A stretch of DNA of 64,000 bases, from NCBI GenBank assembly GCA_963801355.1, contig CAWDEM010000008.1:2816001-2880000 (forward strand). Reading direction: 5' to 3'. Position numbers and translations under genes: made by a program. This DNA is from Ignavibacteriota bacterium (lineage in GTDB: Bacteria > Bacteroidota > Ignavibacteria > UBA10030 > UBA6906). The notes under the pieces were generated by a model. It had not been told where the DNA came from, did no database searches, and saw only the letters and a list, made by a program, of their open reading frames with translations. Shown one piece after another: positions 7,264 to 16,569 of the stretch; the stretch's first letter is position 1, and each line of letters opens with the position of its first letter.

Positions 7264-8472
7264 TTACCACCTCGACTGCGATGCATGGTCGAACCCGCCG
7301 TCCCCCGTGCTCTCCCGCGCCATGACGACGTACTTCCGGAACTCTGTTTCGGGCGGAAGGAGACTGACAACAACGCCGGCATCAAACGGAAGGTCGAAGA
7401 AATGACCGGGGTGCACCAGGAGCCCTTTTGTAGTCAGCAGATGGGCAGCCCATTCCTCATCGGATCGTGTGCGCGGAAACTGGAGGACGGCATTCCACCC
7501 TCCCTCAGCATGAAGCACCGAGATTGCGCTTCCTTTCAACGCCGCCCCGAGCAGCGCATAGTTGCCAGCCACACGGGAACGAATGCGTTCACCAACGGCG
7601 TCCGCGGCCGCAAGAATTTCCGGAACCGCAATCTGCACGGGGGTATTGACCGACAGGAACGTATCTCCGATCATTTCCAACCGCTGGACCGCCTTCCCCA
7701 CAAGCGGTTCTTCGCCGTGCACTGCAATCCATCCCAGCTTCATCTGCGGCAGCCCCGCCATCTTCGAAAGTCCGTTGAGCGTGAAGATCAGAGGCGCCCG
7801 GAGGAGAGCGCAGGAGCGCACCGGGGAGTGCGGTTGAAAGGGAAATGTCAGGAACACTTCGTCGGCAATGATTGCCAGTCCGTACTCGCGAGCAATCCGT
7901 GCTATCACCTGCTGCTCGTCCGGGGAGAGAAAGGATCCGGTGGGATTGTTCGGATGGATCACCACAATGGCGCGCGTCAACGGAGTGATCGCCTGCCGCA
8001 CACTGTCTTCGTCGAGCTGCCACCCGCCGGCATACCGGATGTAATAGGTGCGGAGGAGGACATCCTGGAGCCGCGCGAGGTCATCGAACAACGGGTATCC
8101 CGGTTTGGGGATCGCGACACTCTCCCCGGCGTCGCACAACAGCCGGAAGATGTGGGAATACCCTTCACTGGAGCTTGCAGTCAGGAAGATGCGGTCGGGG
8201 CTGACCGTTACGTCCCTGGAGGCAAGGAACCCGGCAATGGCGGTGCGGGCGGACAGATGCCCCGCAGGTTCCGGGGCGTAGACGAACGCAGAGGGTTGTG
8301 TGAGCGCCGCCGCAAGGCGCTCCGTGTCGTAGGGGAATCCGCAGAGAGTGGGATTGGCGACGGTCCAATCATGAACCTCCCTCCCTTTCGAACGGAGCTG
8401 GTGCAGCAGTTCCGTCAGCGGGTTGGGATGGAATTCCCACGCGGTGCGATGTGCAAAGTGCGGATCCGGCAT
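7264..8472 (-). CDS. PLP-dependent aminotransferase class I/II
   Basis: HPNNPTG, IADEVF and GLSKMAGLPQMKLGW motifs. Confidence 0.93.
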   Translation of the reverse strand: MPDPHFAHRTAWEFHPNPLTELLHQLRSKGREVHDWTVANPTLCGFPYDTERLAAALTQPSAFVYAPEPAGHLSARTAIAGFLASRDVTVSPDRIFLTASSSEGYSHIFRLLCDAGESVAIPKPGYPLFDDLARLQDVLLRTYYIRYAGGWQLDEDSVRQAITPLTRAIVVIHPNNPTGSFLSPDEQQVIARIAREYGLAIIADEVFLTFPFQPHSPVRSCALLRAPLIFTLNGLSKMAGLPQMKLGWIAVHGEEPLVGKAVQRLEMIGDTFLSVNTPVQIAVPEILAAADAVGERIRSRVAGNYALLGAALKGSAISVLHAEGGWNAVLQFPRTRSDEEWAAHLLTTKGLLVHPGHFFDLPFDAGVVVSLLPPETEFRKYVVMARESTGDGGFDHASQSRW

Positions 8473-8488
8473 TCATGACCTTCGGGAA

Positions 8489-9676
8489 TTACACGCACCG
8501 CAGGGTGCTCTGCCGGGCGGAGAGGTATTCGGCGCCCGTCTTCGTGACTGTCACCATTTCTTCGATGGTCACCACGCCGTGTTCTGGGACCGTCAGCCGC
8601 GGCTCGAGGGTGAACACCATGTGTTCCTCCACCGGCAGGAACGGCTTGCGGCCGTATTTTTCCCATGCAGGGGCCAGCAATGCCGTGCCGTCGTGGGCAA
8701 ACCGGCCCACCTGATGGCCGAGCGCATGCGGGAATTCCTCATATCTCCGTCCCGTGATGTATGACCGGGCGGCCGCATCAACGATACTGCCGGTGACGCC
8801 GGGCCTGAGCACTGCCCGCGCTCTCTCAATGGCTTCCACGATGGTGTCAAACCCGTGCTGCACGGCGGGCGGCGCGGTGCTCTCGTTTCCGCGCAACACA
8901 TAGAATGTCCGCTGGATATCGGACACGTAGCCGTCAACCCGTACGCCGAAATCCATATTCACGACGTGGCCGGGTTGGATCACGCGGTCAGTGGGCCTGT
9001 AGTGCGCCGCAGCCGTATCCGGACCGGTGAATACCGCCGGGCAGGTTGCGGGGTCCCAGGCGAACCCCAGACCCCGTCGGTGTACCTCCGCCCGCATGAG
9101 CGCTGCGACCTGTTCCTCCGTCATTCCCGCGTGCAGTGCATCACCGGCGAGCGCATAGATCTGCTCGGTATGCTCAATTGCCTCACGGATGCGCGCGATT
9201 TCCGATGCCGACTTCCGTTCCCGGAGGGCCGACATGAGAGGCTCCGCGGAAATCACACGATCGTCCATACCGGCTTCACGGAGGATATCCATGATCGCCA
9301 GATACATCCCGTGCGTGATCCCGTCGCAGATCTCACTGTCCACGGAGTAGTTCAGCGCAATCGTGCGGGGATTGAGCGCACGCAACTCCGCGAGCAGCGG
9401 AGTGCGGATCCCTTCGACATAGTCAATCACCCTGTCGAAGGCGCCGGCATCGACGAGCGTCGCACGGTCGTACTTCCCCACAATCGCGATGCTGCTCCCC
9501 TTCGACGTGACGATGAGCGCGCTCTGCCATGTAAGGTCTGCGGTGACAAGGAAATCCAGGATCGGATCATGCACGACGCTCGTCTCACGAACGAAGGTGA
9601 TCCAGCAATCGATGTGCAGGTCCTTCATCAGCAACGAGGCCTGACGGACTTTTTCTTTGATGATGTCGGTATGCAT
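8489..9676 (-). CDS. Xaa-Pro aminopeptidase family (M24)
   Basis: MDFG, SDIQRT, HALGHQVG and TLEP metal-ligand motifs. Start moved to MHTDII. Confidence 0.92.
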   Translation of the reverse strand: MHTDIIKEKVRQASLLMKDLHIDCWITFVRETSVVHDPILDFLVTADLTWQSALIVTSKGSSIAIVGKYDRATLVDAGAFDRVIDYVEGIRTPLLAELRALNPRTIALNYSVDSEICDGITHGMYLAIMDILREAGMDDRVISAEPLMSALRERKSASEIARIREAIEHTEQIYALAGDALHAGMTEEQVAALMRAEVHRRGLGFAWDPATCPAVFTGPDTAAAHYRPTDRVIQPGHVVNMDFGVRVDGYVSDIQRTFYVLRGNESTAPPAVQHGFDTIVEAIERARAVLRPGVTGSIVDAAARSYITGRRYEEFPHALGHQVGRFAHDGTALLAPAWEKYGRKPFLPVEEHMVFTLEPRLTVPEHGVVTIEEMVTVTKTGAEYLSARQSTLRCV

Positions 9677-9678
9677 GT

Positions 9679-10005
9679 TTACGCCCTCCACAATAACGCC
9701 AGGCCGGCGCCGATGGCGCACAACCCCGCGGCCTTCTGCATGGAAATCTGTTCGCTGAAGAGGAGCGCAGAAAGCAGCGTAATGAGGATCACGCTCGCCG
9801 CCATAAACACGGGATAGGCGACACTCAACGCGTACGCTTCCAGCGCTTTGATGTAGCACAGCGTATTTACCAATCCAATCGCCAGACCGAGTCCCAGGAG
9901 GGCGCTCTTGTGCATTGTCCACCCCTGCATCCCGGCGGCATACTTGAAGAGCGCGTTGGCAGCGACGTTGAACAGCACCGCGAGCGTGAGATACACTGCG
10001 CTCAT
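9679..10005 (-). CDS. SMR/DMT small membrane transporter
   Basis: 108 aa, four TM segments, LSVAYP motif; Asn at about the usual Glu14 position. Confidence 0.85.
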   Translation of the reverse strand: MSAVYLTLAVLFNVAANALFKYAAGMQGWTMHKSALLGLGLAIGLVNTLCYIKALEAYALSVAYPVFMAASVILITLLSALLFSEQISMQKAAGLCAIGAGLALLWRA

Positions 10006-12032
10006 ACCGGTTTCCTTTCTTGAGTTGTTGGCGGGACGGGAGCGCCCGTGTGTTGGCGGGAGGCAGGCGGGGGCGGCACAATGATGCGGAATGTCGTTCC
10101 CTGCCCTTTCAGGATCTCCAGTGTCCCCGTCAGCTGATTGGTGAGAATCGTGACCAGCTGCAGGCCGAGCGTTGCCGTCGCTGCGATGTCAAATGCGCCG
10201 GGCATGCCCACACCATCGTCGGCGACGCAGAGTTCAACATCGCCGTTTGTGCGTGTGGCCAGCGAGACGGTGATCGTCCCGCGGCGGCGGTCGGGGAATG
10301 CGTGTTTGAGCGCATTCGTCACCAGCTCGTTGATGATGAGTCCGCACGGAATCGCCATGTCGATACTGAGCCGGACGTCCTGAACGTCGGCCGCGAATGA
10401 GACGTTGGGTTGACCGTAGAGATGGAACAGCGACATGACCAGCGCCTCGATGTACTCGCGGAATTCAATGCCGGCCAGGTCCCGGGATTTGTAGAGACGG
10501 TCATGAATGAGCGCCATGGACCGGATGCGGTCCACACTTTCGCCGAACAACGCAAGATCAACGGGGTCGCGGATAAATGATGTCTGAAGATTCAGAAGGC
10601 TTGAAATGATCTGCAGGTTGTTCTTGACACGGTGATGGATCTCCTTGACCATCAGTTCCTTCTCGGTCACGGAATTCTGCAATACCTCCTGCACGTGCCG
10701 CTGCTCGGAGATGTCGACGACAATACCGCGCATGCCGGAGGGCCTGTCCCCGTCACGGACGACAGTCGCTGAGATGAGTCCCGGGAATGTCGAGCCGTCG
10801 GCCCGTATGAACATGTATTCGCCGCTGGTGCTTCCGGAGCCTTCGTACATCTGTGCTATCGTGTTGCGTGCACGTTCCCGGTCTTCCGGCGCGACGTACT
10901 CAAGAAATGAGCGCCCCTCCGGCGGTCCGTGCGCTCCGAAACCGAACATCGTGGAGGCGGCACGGTTCGCAAACAGGAAGCGTCCGGACATATCCACCTC
11001 ATACACCGTCTGGGGAAGCAGGTCAGACATCTCCCTGAACCGACGTTCGCTCCGCCGCAGCGCCTGCTCGGTTGAACGCCGGTCCTCAATTTCCGTCTGC
11101 AGTCCCTTGTGCAGCATGCCCAGGCTTTCCGTCATCTCATTGAATGCCTCACCCAGGATAGCCACCTCATCGCTCATCATCTCCGGATTCACCCGGGCCT
11201 GCAAATCGTTGCGCCCGACACGCCGGGCGGTCTGCGCGAGCGACCGGATGGGCCGCCCGATGATCAACCAGATCACCACACCCGCAATGCCGGACACCAG
11301 TGCCAGGGCCACACCCAGGCGCACAAGGGTCACGCGTTCAAACACATTCAACATCACCGTCAGTTCTTCCCCGGTAATCTTTTCCATGGAGAGCTGCGTC
11401 AGCGTGCTCTGGAGGAAGACACCCATGACCACGAGGGGACCGCTCGACAGCAGCAGGAACCAGAGCATAAGCCTCAGCGCAACAATATTTCTTGCCGGAC
11501 GCTCGTGAAGACTTGCCACCACACGGGGGTGGCGGGCCGTCCACCACATCGGTGACCGGGCGGCCCGGGGCAGCACCAGGAGCACCGCCGAGGTCAGCAC
11601 CACGGTCGGGATGAATTCCGGAAGGAAGTCCTTCGCAACCGCGATGACCGGAATGGCACACACGACAAAGTATCCGAACACCACCCCCACCCATGCGAGA
11701 AGCATCAGCGGCATCGGAAACCGGTCATGCACCAGCCCCTTGTAGGCCCAGCCGACCCACACGGCACCCAGCATAGTACTCACAACGACAAAGAGACGCG
11801 ACCCGGCGTCGGGATTCCCCAGCCCGGAGAGGAGACCGATCACCGCTCCGCCGACAGGCCCCGTGAGAGCAGCGCCGATCAAGACAAAGATTTCTCCGGG
11901 GTCGATGACAGTATTCGTACCGGGCACCTGCAAATGCAGACTGGCAAGATGCACCAGCAATGCGAGGCAGCCGAACGCCGTGGCGATCAGGAACAACCAG
12001 ACGTTGATGAGATGTGTCTGCGAGTCCCGCAT
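10002..12032 (-). CDS. Membrane sensor kinase (LytS-like multi-TM, HAMP, PAS, HisKA_2, HATPase)
   Basis: GAALTGPVGGAVIGLL TM region; RPIRSLAQTARRVG...DEVAILGEAFNEM HAMP; EIHHRVKNNLQ H-box. Confidence 0.9.
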   Translation of the reverse strand: MRDSQTHLINVWLFLIATAFGCLALLVHLASLHLQVPGTNTVIDPGEIFVLIGAALTGPVGGAVIGLLSGLGNPDAGSRLFVVVSTMLGAVWVGWAYKGLVHDRFPMPLMLLAWVGVVFGYFVVCAIPVIAVAKDFLPEFIPTVVLTSAVLLVLPRAARSPMWWTARHPRVVASLHERPARNIVALRLMLWFLLLSSGPLVVMGVFLQSTLTQLSMEKITGEELTVMLNVFERVTLVRLGVALALVSGIAGVVIWLIIGRPIRSLAQTARRVGRNDLQARVNPEMMSDEVAILGEAFNEMTESLGMLHKGLQTEIEDRRSTEQALRRSERRFREMSDLLPQTVYEVDMSGRFLFANRAASTMFGFGAHGPPEGRSFLEYVAPEDRERARNTIAQMYEGSGSTSGEYMFIRADGSTFPGLISATVVRDGDRPSGMRGIVVDISEQRHVQEVLQNSVTEKELMVKEIHHRVKNNLQIISSLLNLQTSFIRDPVDLALFGESVDRIRSMALIHDRLYKSRDLAGIEFREYIEALVMSLFHLYGQPNVSFAADVQDVRLSIDMAIPCGLIINELVTNALKHAFPDRRRGTITVSLATRTNGDVELCVADDGVGMPGAFDIAATATLGLQLVTILTNQLTGTLEILKGQGTTFRIIVPPPPASRQHTGAPVPPTTQERKPV

Positions 12033-12036
12033 AGGT

Positions 12037-13626
12037 TCAGTGGACAGACCTGGTGTTCTTCTCATCTCCCGTGCGCTCCGGGACTTTCACGGCAGGCCAC
12101 TCTTCGGGCTTGCCGGTCTCCTTGGCCGCCGGGAGGATGCGCCGTTCGCGGCTGATGAACTGCGGGTCCTCCGAAGCAAGATACGCCAGGCAGGCAACAA
12201 GGACGACATTGTTTTTCAGGTCGTCGAACACCAGCTTGTCATACGTATCACGGTTCGTGTGCCAAGTGTAGGCGAAGTAGTTCCAGTTGAGCGATCCGAG
12301 GCCGAAGCCCGGAGCCCCCGCAGCGGAAAACGGAGCGTTGTCGCTGCCACCGCCCGCAGGCATGCCCGGGAAAACGGTCTTAAGATCCTGCGTGACTTCA
12401 GTCGGTATACGGGAAAACCACCGGGCCAGATGTTCACCTGCATTTAACAACCCGGCGCCGCTCGTGCGCTGGATCCGTCCGGTGCCATTATCCTGGTTGA
12501 ACACTGCCTGCGTGTGCTCGACGATATCGGGATGGTCTGTCACGAAGGCGAGCGATCCGTTCAACCCCTGCTCTTCACTTGCCCAGTGTCCGGCAACGAT
12601 TGTGCGGCGCGGCACGGGATACACCTTTTTGAGAATCCGCATGGCTTCCATCATAATGATCGTCCCCGTGCCGTTGTCTGTCGCGCCTGAAGACGCATCC
12701 CAGGAATCGAGGTGCGCTGAAAGGACGACATATTCCCCCGCCCTTTCGCCTCCCTGGATTCTGCCGATCGTGTTGTTGACGGGCTGGGGATCAAGGAAGC
12801 GGGCGTTCGTCTCAATGCGCAACAGCGGGTTGTCGCCCTGTTCCACCAGCCGGTACACCAGAGCATAGTCCTCGAGACTCAGGGTAACTGCAGGAATGGT
12901 GTGTGTGCGTGTGTCAAACACACGGTACGCACCCCATCCGTGCGACCAGATCGAACTTATCACACCGGCCGCCCCGGCATGTTCAAGAACAACGGGCAGT
13001 GAATCCGCGGTGCATCCGCTCATTTTGATGCGGTGTTCCCAGTTGACGCGGATTCGTTCCTGCAGCGCTTTGAGACTATCGAACGACTCTTTTGTCCCGA
13101 ATTCCTCCCAGTCCTTGTCGGGCCTGCCCGTGGCCTGGGCGGCAGAGAGAAGAACGAACTTGCCCTTCACCGACGGCAGCCAGCGTTGGAATGCGAGTGA
13201 ATCCGCCGCATCAGGGAGAATGACCACCCGCGCATTCACGCCGCCTTTCCGTGTGGCTGGACTGAATGCCAGCATCGTCCCTTCCAGTGTCCTGACCCGC
13301 GGCTCCAGCAGGTCGATATGCGACGTGCCGCGCTCCCACCCCCTCCAGGTCCCGTACTGTTCATTCGTGGCATCGATGCCCCAGGCCCGGTATGTTCCCT
13401 CGACCCAGCTGTTCGCTTTCAGCATCTGCGGACTGCCGGTCAACCTCGGACCGATGACATCAAGAAGGTGATGGGCGAGGGAAGGCAACTGTGTGGAATC
13501 CATCGCCTCCACCCAGATTTTCCGGATCACCGGATCATCGGTGGGAAACGTCTGTGCGGACGAGAACAGGACACATGTACAGAGCGCGCATAGGAGAAGG
13601 CTGGTCTTCACTGCAGTCCTCAGCAT
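12037..13626 (-). CDS. Secreted M28 metallopeptidase (carboxypeptidase Q-like)
   Basis: IGPRLTGS, SAHLDSWD, GATDNG, SEEQGL, YTWHT motifs; signal peptide from MLRTAVK. Confidence 0.92.
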   Translation of the reverse strand: MLRTAVKTSLLLCALCTCVLFSSAQTFPTDDPVIRKIWVEAMDSTQLPSLAHHLLDVIGPRLTGSPQMLKANSWVEGTYRAWGIDATNEQYGTWRGWERGTSHIDLLEPRVRTLEGTMLAFSPATRKGGVNARVVILPDAADSLAFQRWLPSVKGKFVLLSAAQATGRPDKDWEEFGTKESFDSLKALQERIRVNWEHRIKMSGCTADSLPVVLEHAGAAGVISSIWSHGWGAYRVFDTRTHTIPAVTLSLEDYALVYRLVEQGDNPLLRIETNARFLDPQPVNNTIGRIQGGERAGEYVVLSAHLDSWDASSGATDNGTGTIIMMEAMRILKKVYPVPRRTIVAGHWASEEQGLNGSLAFVTDHPDIVEHTQAVFNQDNGTGRIQRTSGAGLLNAGEHLARWFSRIPTEVTQDLKTVFPGMPAGGGSDNAPFSAAGAPGFGLGSLNWNYFAYTWHTNRDTYDKLVFDDLKNNVVLVACLAYLASEDPQFISRERRILPAAKETGKPEEWPAVKVPERTGDEKNTRSVH

Positions 13627-13765
13627 TGTAGGGAGGAGCCATAGCAACCGACGGAATAATCTACCGTTCTCCCGGTGGAATTGCAACGGGAACGGCGGGC
13701 TCCTCGCACAAGTACCGACAATTTCGTATGTTATGACATTCCATAACAGCTGACGAAAGCTCCCC

Positions 13766-14851
13766 ATGCAAATCGGTATTGTCGGGCTGCCGTTCTCCGG
13801 GAAGTCCACGCTGTTCCAGGCCATCACCGGAACCCATATCGACGCACACGCACTGGCCCGCGGGGAAGTGCACCATGGCATGGTAAAAGTCCCGGACCCA
13901 CGTCTCGACGCGCTCGCCGGGATCTACAGGCCGAAGAAAACGGTGCACGCAATGATCGAGTTCGTCGATGTTGTCGGACTGAAAAAAGGAGAATCCGGGT
14001 CCACACAGTTCACCACCAACTTCTTCAACAACGTAAAGAACAACGATGCGCTCGTCCAGGTGGTACGCGCATTCACCAACGACGCCGTGCCTCATCCTGA
14101 CGTGACAATCAACGTCGCGCGTGATGTCGGAACTCTCGAGACCGAATTTCTGTTGGCAGATCTGGCCATTGTGGAGACGCGCATCGATCGGCTCAAGAAA
14201 CAACTCGGCAAAGTGGGTGACGCCCAGGCGAAGCTGGAGCTGCCGGTGCTCGAGAAATGTCATCACATGCTGGAGCAGGAGAAACCGCTGCGTGATGTGG
14301 AGTTCACTAAAGAAGAAGTCGCAATTCTCAAAACCTACCAGCCCCTGACGCTCAAGCCCATGCTCATTGCCGTCAACTGTGACGAATCGCAGGTGAAAGA
14401 CAGCGCCCGGCTGGTGGAGCAGGTGGCGGCCGGCAAAAGCGGAGCACGGACCCGTGCCGTCGCCTTTTTCGGCAAAATCGACCTGGAGATGTCGGAACTC
14501 TCCGCTGAAGAGGCACGTGCCTTCATGGGTGAATACGGGATCAGCGAGCCTGCCGTCGACACACTCATCCGTGAAGCATACGCCCTGCTGGGCCTGCAGT
14601 CATTTCTGACTGCGGGTGAGGATGAATGCAGGGCATGGACGATCCGCAGGGGCATGAACGCGCAGGAATCCGCAGGAGTCATTCACTCTGATTTTTTCAG
14701 CAAATTTATCCGCGCCGAGGTGGTGAACTTCGCGGACTTCATCGCTCACGGCGGCTCAGTCACGAAGGCGAGGGAAGCGGGGTGCTGGCGGCTGGAAGGG
14801 AAGGAGTATATCGTGAAGGACGGCGATATTATGGAGATCCGCCACAGTTGA
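13766..14851 (+). CDS. ychF: Redox-regulated ATPase YchF
   Basis: GIVGLPFSGKSTLF, VPDPRLD, AGVIHSDF and RLEGKEYIVKDGD. Confidence 0.96.
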   Translation: MQIGIVGLPFSGKSTLFQAITGTHIDAHALARGEVHHGMVKVPDPRLDALAGIYRPKKTVHAMIEFVDVVGLKKGESGSTQFTTNFFNNVKNNDALVQVVRAFTNDAVPHPDVTINVARDVGTLETEFLLADLAIVETRIDRLKKQLGKVGDAQAKLELPVLEKCHHMLEQEKPLRDVEFTKEEVAILKTYQPLTLKPMLIAVNCDESQVKDSARLVEQVAAGKSGARTRAVAFFGKIDLEMSELSAEEARAFMGEYGISEPAVDTLIREAYALLGLQSFLTAGEDECRAWTIRRGMNAQESAGVIHSDFFSKFIRAEVVNFADFIAHGGSVTKAREAGCWRLEGKEYIVKDGDIMEIRHS

Positions 14852-16389
14852 AACTCGCTCAATTTCACCGGCGTACAATAGCACGCGTCGTGTTGTGCCT
14901 CGTCAGTGTCTGTTGCTCCGGCTCCACGGCGCTCGGTGGATCCGGAATCGACTGGGCGGCGGTCCATGCAGCCACGATGCGGGGAATTGACCATTTCTAT
15001 CGCCTCGACACCGACGCTGCCATACAGACGTTCGATTCCGTCTCGCGCATGGCCCCGGGGGATCCCCGGGGACCGTTCTTCAGGAGCATCGTGCACTGTT
15101 CGTTGTACCTGCTGGATCACAACCGGCACGATCATGATGCTTTTCTGGCCGCCTCGGAGCGCACCATCGCGGTATGCGAACAGCTGCTCGAGCAGAACGA
15201 TCGTGATGCCACGGCGAAGTTCTACCTCGGGGGGATCTACGGGTACAGGGGAATGTTGCTGCAGACGGACGGATCATTGGTGAAAGCGGTCTCCGAGGGC
15301 AGACAGGCCTACGTCCTGCTCGAAGAGGCTGTAGAGCAACAGCCTGACCTCTATGATGCCCACATGGGATTCGGGCTGTTCCGCTATCTGGTGACCAAGG
15401 CCCCCCGGTCGATCCACTGGGTATTGAAGCTGGTGGGAATCACGCCGGATCTGGAAGGCGGCCTGCAGTCCCTCCGCCTGGCGGCCGAACGCGGCACCTA
15501 CACCCGGAATGAAGCGCGGCTGTACCTTGCACAGTTTCTCTTCAACGAACACCGGAAGGATGAGGCGTACGGTTATTTGAACGACCTCTGCCGCGAATAT
15601 CCCGAGAACACGCTGTTCCTGATTCTTCGTGCAAGCATGTTACAGCGCGACGGGCGCCCCGATGACGCGCTCCGGGATGCCCTGGAGGCCCTGCGACGCA
15701 ACGAGCATTATCCGTTGCGGTATGTCGAGGAACTCGGCTGCAACACGCTGGGCGGAATCTACTTCGCGCGTAATGATTTTCAGACCGCCCGGAAATACTA
15801 CACGATGTATGCGGACAGCCTGCGCGTGCCGGAACGAATCAGCAACTGGATGTGGTTCCGCTACGGTGTGGCCTGCGAGATTTCCGGCGACCGTGCAACG
15901 GCCGTCAAAGTCTACGCCCGCACCCGCAAGAGCGGCGACAATCTGTGGTTCAATAGCGAATACTACTACCGGCGCGCCCGGGAACTGCTTGCCCGCCCGA
16001 TCACCAACGCGGAAGTGGCCCTGGTCAAAGCCGGCAATGCGTCCAACGCCAAAGACTATGCCGGCGCACTGCAGTTGTTCGACGAAGCGGCAAAGCTCTC
16101 GGCCGGCGATCCCGAGGCCTTAAGCCAGGCCCTGTTGGGGATCATGCAGATGCAGTACGAATTGAAGCGCTACGATGAAGTTGTGGGCACGGCATCCCGC
16201 CTGTTTGCCCTGGAACCGCAACGGGAACTCTGGACGCTGCCGCATGGGTACTACAAGCTCGGCCAGGCACTGGCCGTGCTGGAGAGAAAGGAAGAAGCCC
16301 GGCGCGCGTTTGAGATGGTTGATGAATACGACGACTACGATTTTCAGGAACGACTCGAGCGGCGTGTCGAAGAGGAACTTGCGAAGTGA
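14848..16389 (+). CDS. Secreted TPR-repeat protein (TTC39/DUF3808-like)
   Basis: TTG start overlapping the ychF stop; signal-like N-terminus; YDAHMGFGLFRY and repeated TPR helices. Confidence 0.8.
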   Translation: MKLAQFHRRTIARVVLCLVSVCCSGSTALGGSGIDWAAVHAATMRGIDHFYRLDTDAAIQTFDSVSRMAPGDPRGPFFRSIVHCSLYLLDHNRHDHDAFLAASERTIAVCEQLLEQNDRDATAKFYLGGIYGYRGMLLQTDGSLVKAVSEGRQAYVLLEEAVEQQPDLYDAHMGFGLFRYLVTKAPRSIHWVLKLVGITPDLEGGLQSLRLAAERGTYTRNEARLYLAQFLFNEHRKDEAYGYLNDLCREYPENTLFLILRASMLQRDGRPDDALRDALEALRRNEHYPLRYVEELGCNTLGGIYFARNDFQTARKYYTMYADSLRVPERISNWMWFRYGVACEISGDRATAVKVYARTRKSGDNLWFNSEYYYRRARELLARPITNAEVALVKAGNASNAKDYAGALQLFDEAAKLSAGDPEALSQALLGIMQMQYELKRYDEVVGTASRLFALEPQRELWTLPHGYYKLGQALAVLERKEEARRAFEMVDEYDDYDFQERLERRVEEELAK

Positions 16390-16459
16390 GCGGGGCACGG
16401 GGGTCGAACCCGTCTTTCAAGCTTGGGAAGCTCGCGTTGAACCGATCAACTAGCCCCGC
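16389..16459 (-). tRNA. tRNA-Gly(CCC)
   Basis: GCGGGGC-TA-GTTG-ATCGGTT-CAAC-G-CGAGC-TTCCCAA-GCTTG-AAAG-ACGGG-TTCGACC-CCCGT-GCCCCGC-T. Confidence 0.93.
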
Positions 16460-16468
16460 ATTTTCGTC

Positions 16469-16497
16469 AAGATAGCACAAACCGCGGAAAAGTTCAA
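16469..16497 (-). promoter_or_regulatory. Promoter of tRNA-Gly
   Basis: TTGAAC-17 bp-TATCTT with an extended TG. Confidence 0.6.
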
Positions 16498-16509
16498 GGG
16501 AGCGCTTCT

Positions 16510-16569
16510 CCCCTTTCGGAACACCGCCTTACGGTACACCCCCTTACGGAATACCCCCTTACGGAACGA
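16510..16569. repeat. 4 x 15-bp tandem repeat, consensus CCCCTTACGGAATAC
   Basis: Units at 16510, 16525, 16540 and 16555; the last overlaps the PPIase stop. Confidence 0.85.

Noticed and set aside
16510-16569. Possible mini-CRISPR array
   Set aside because: 15-bp contiguous units with no spacers and no cas genes.
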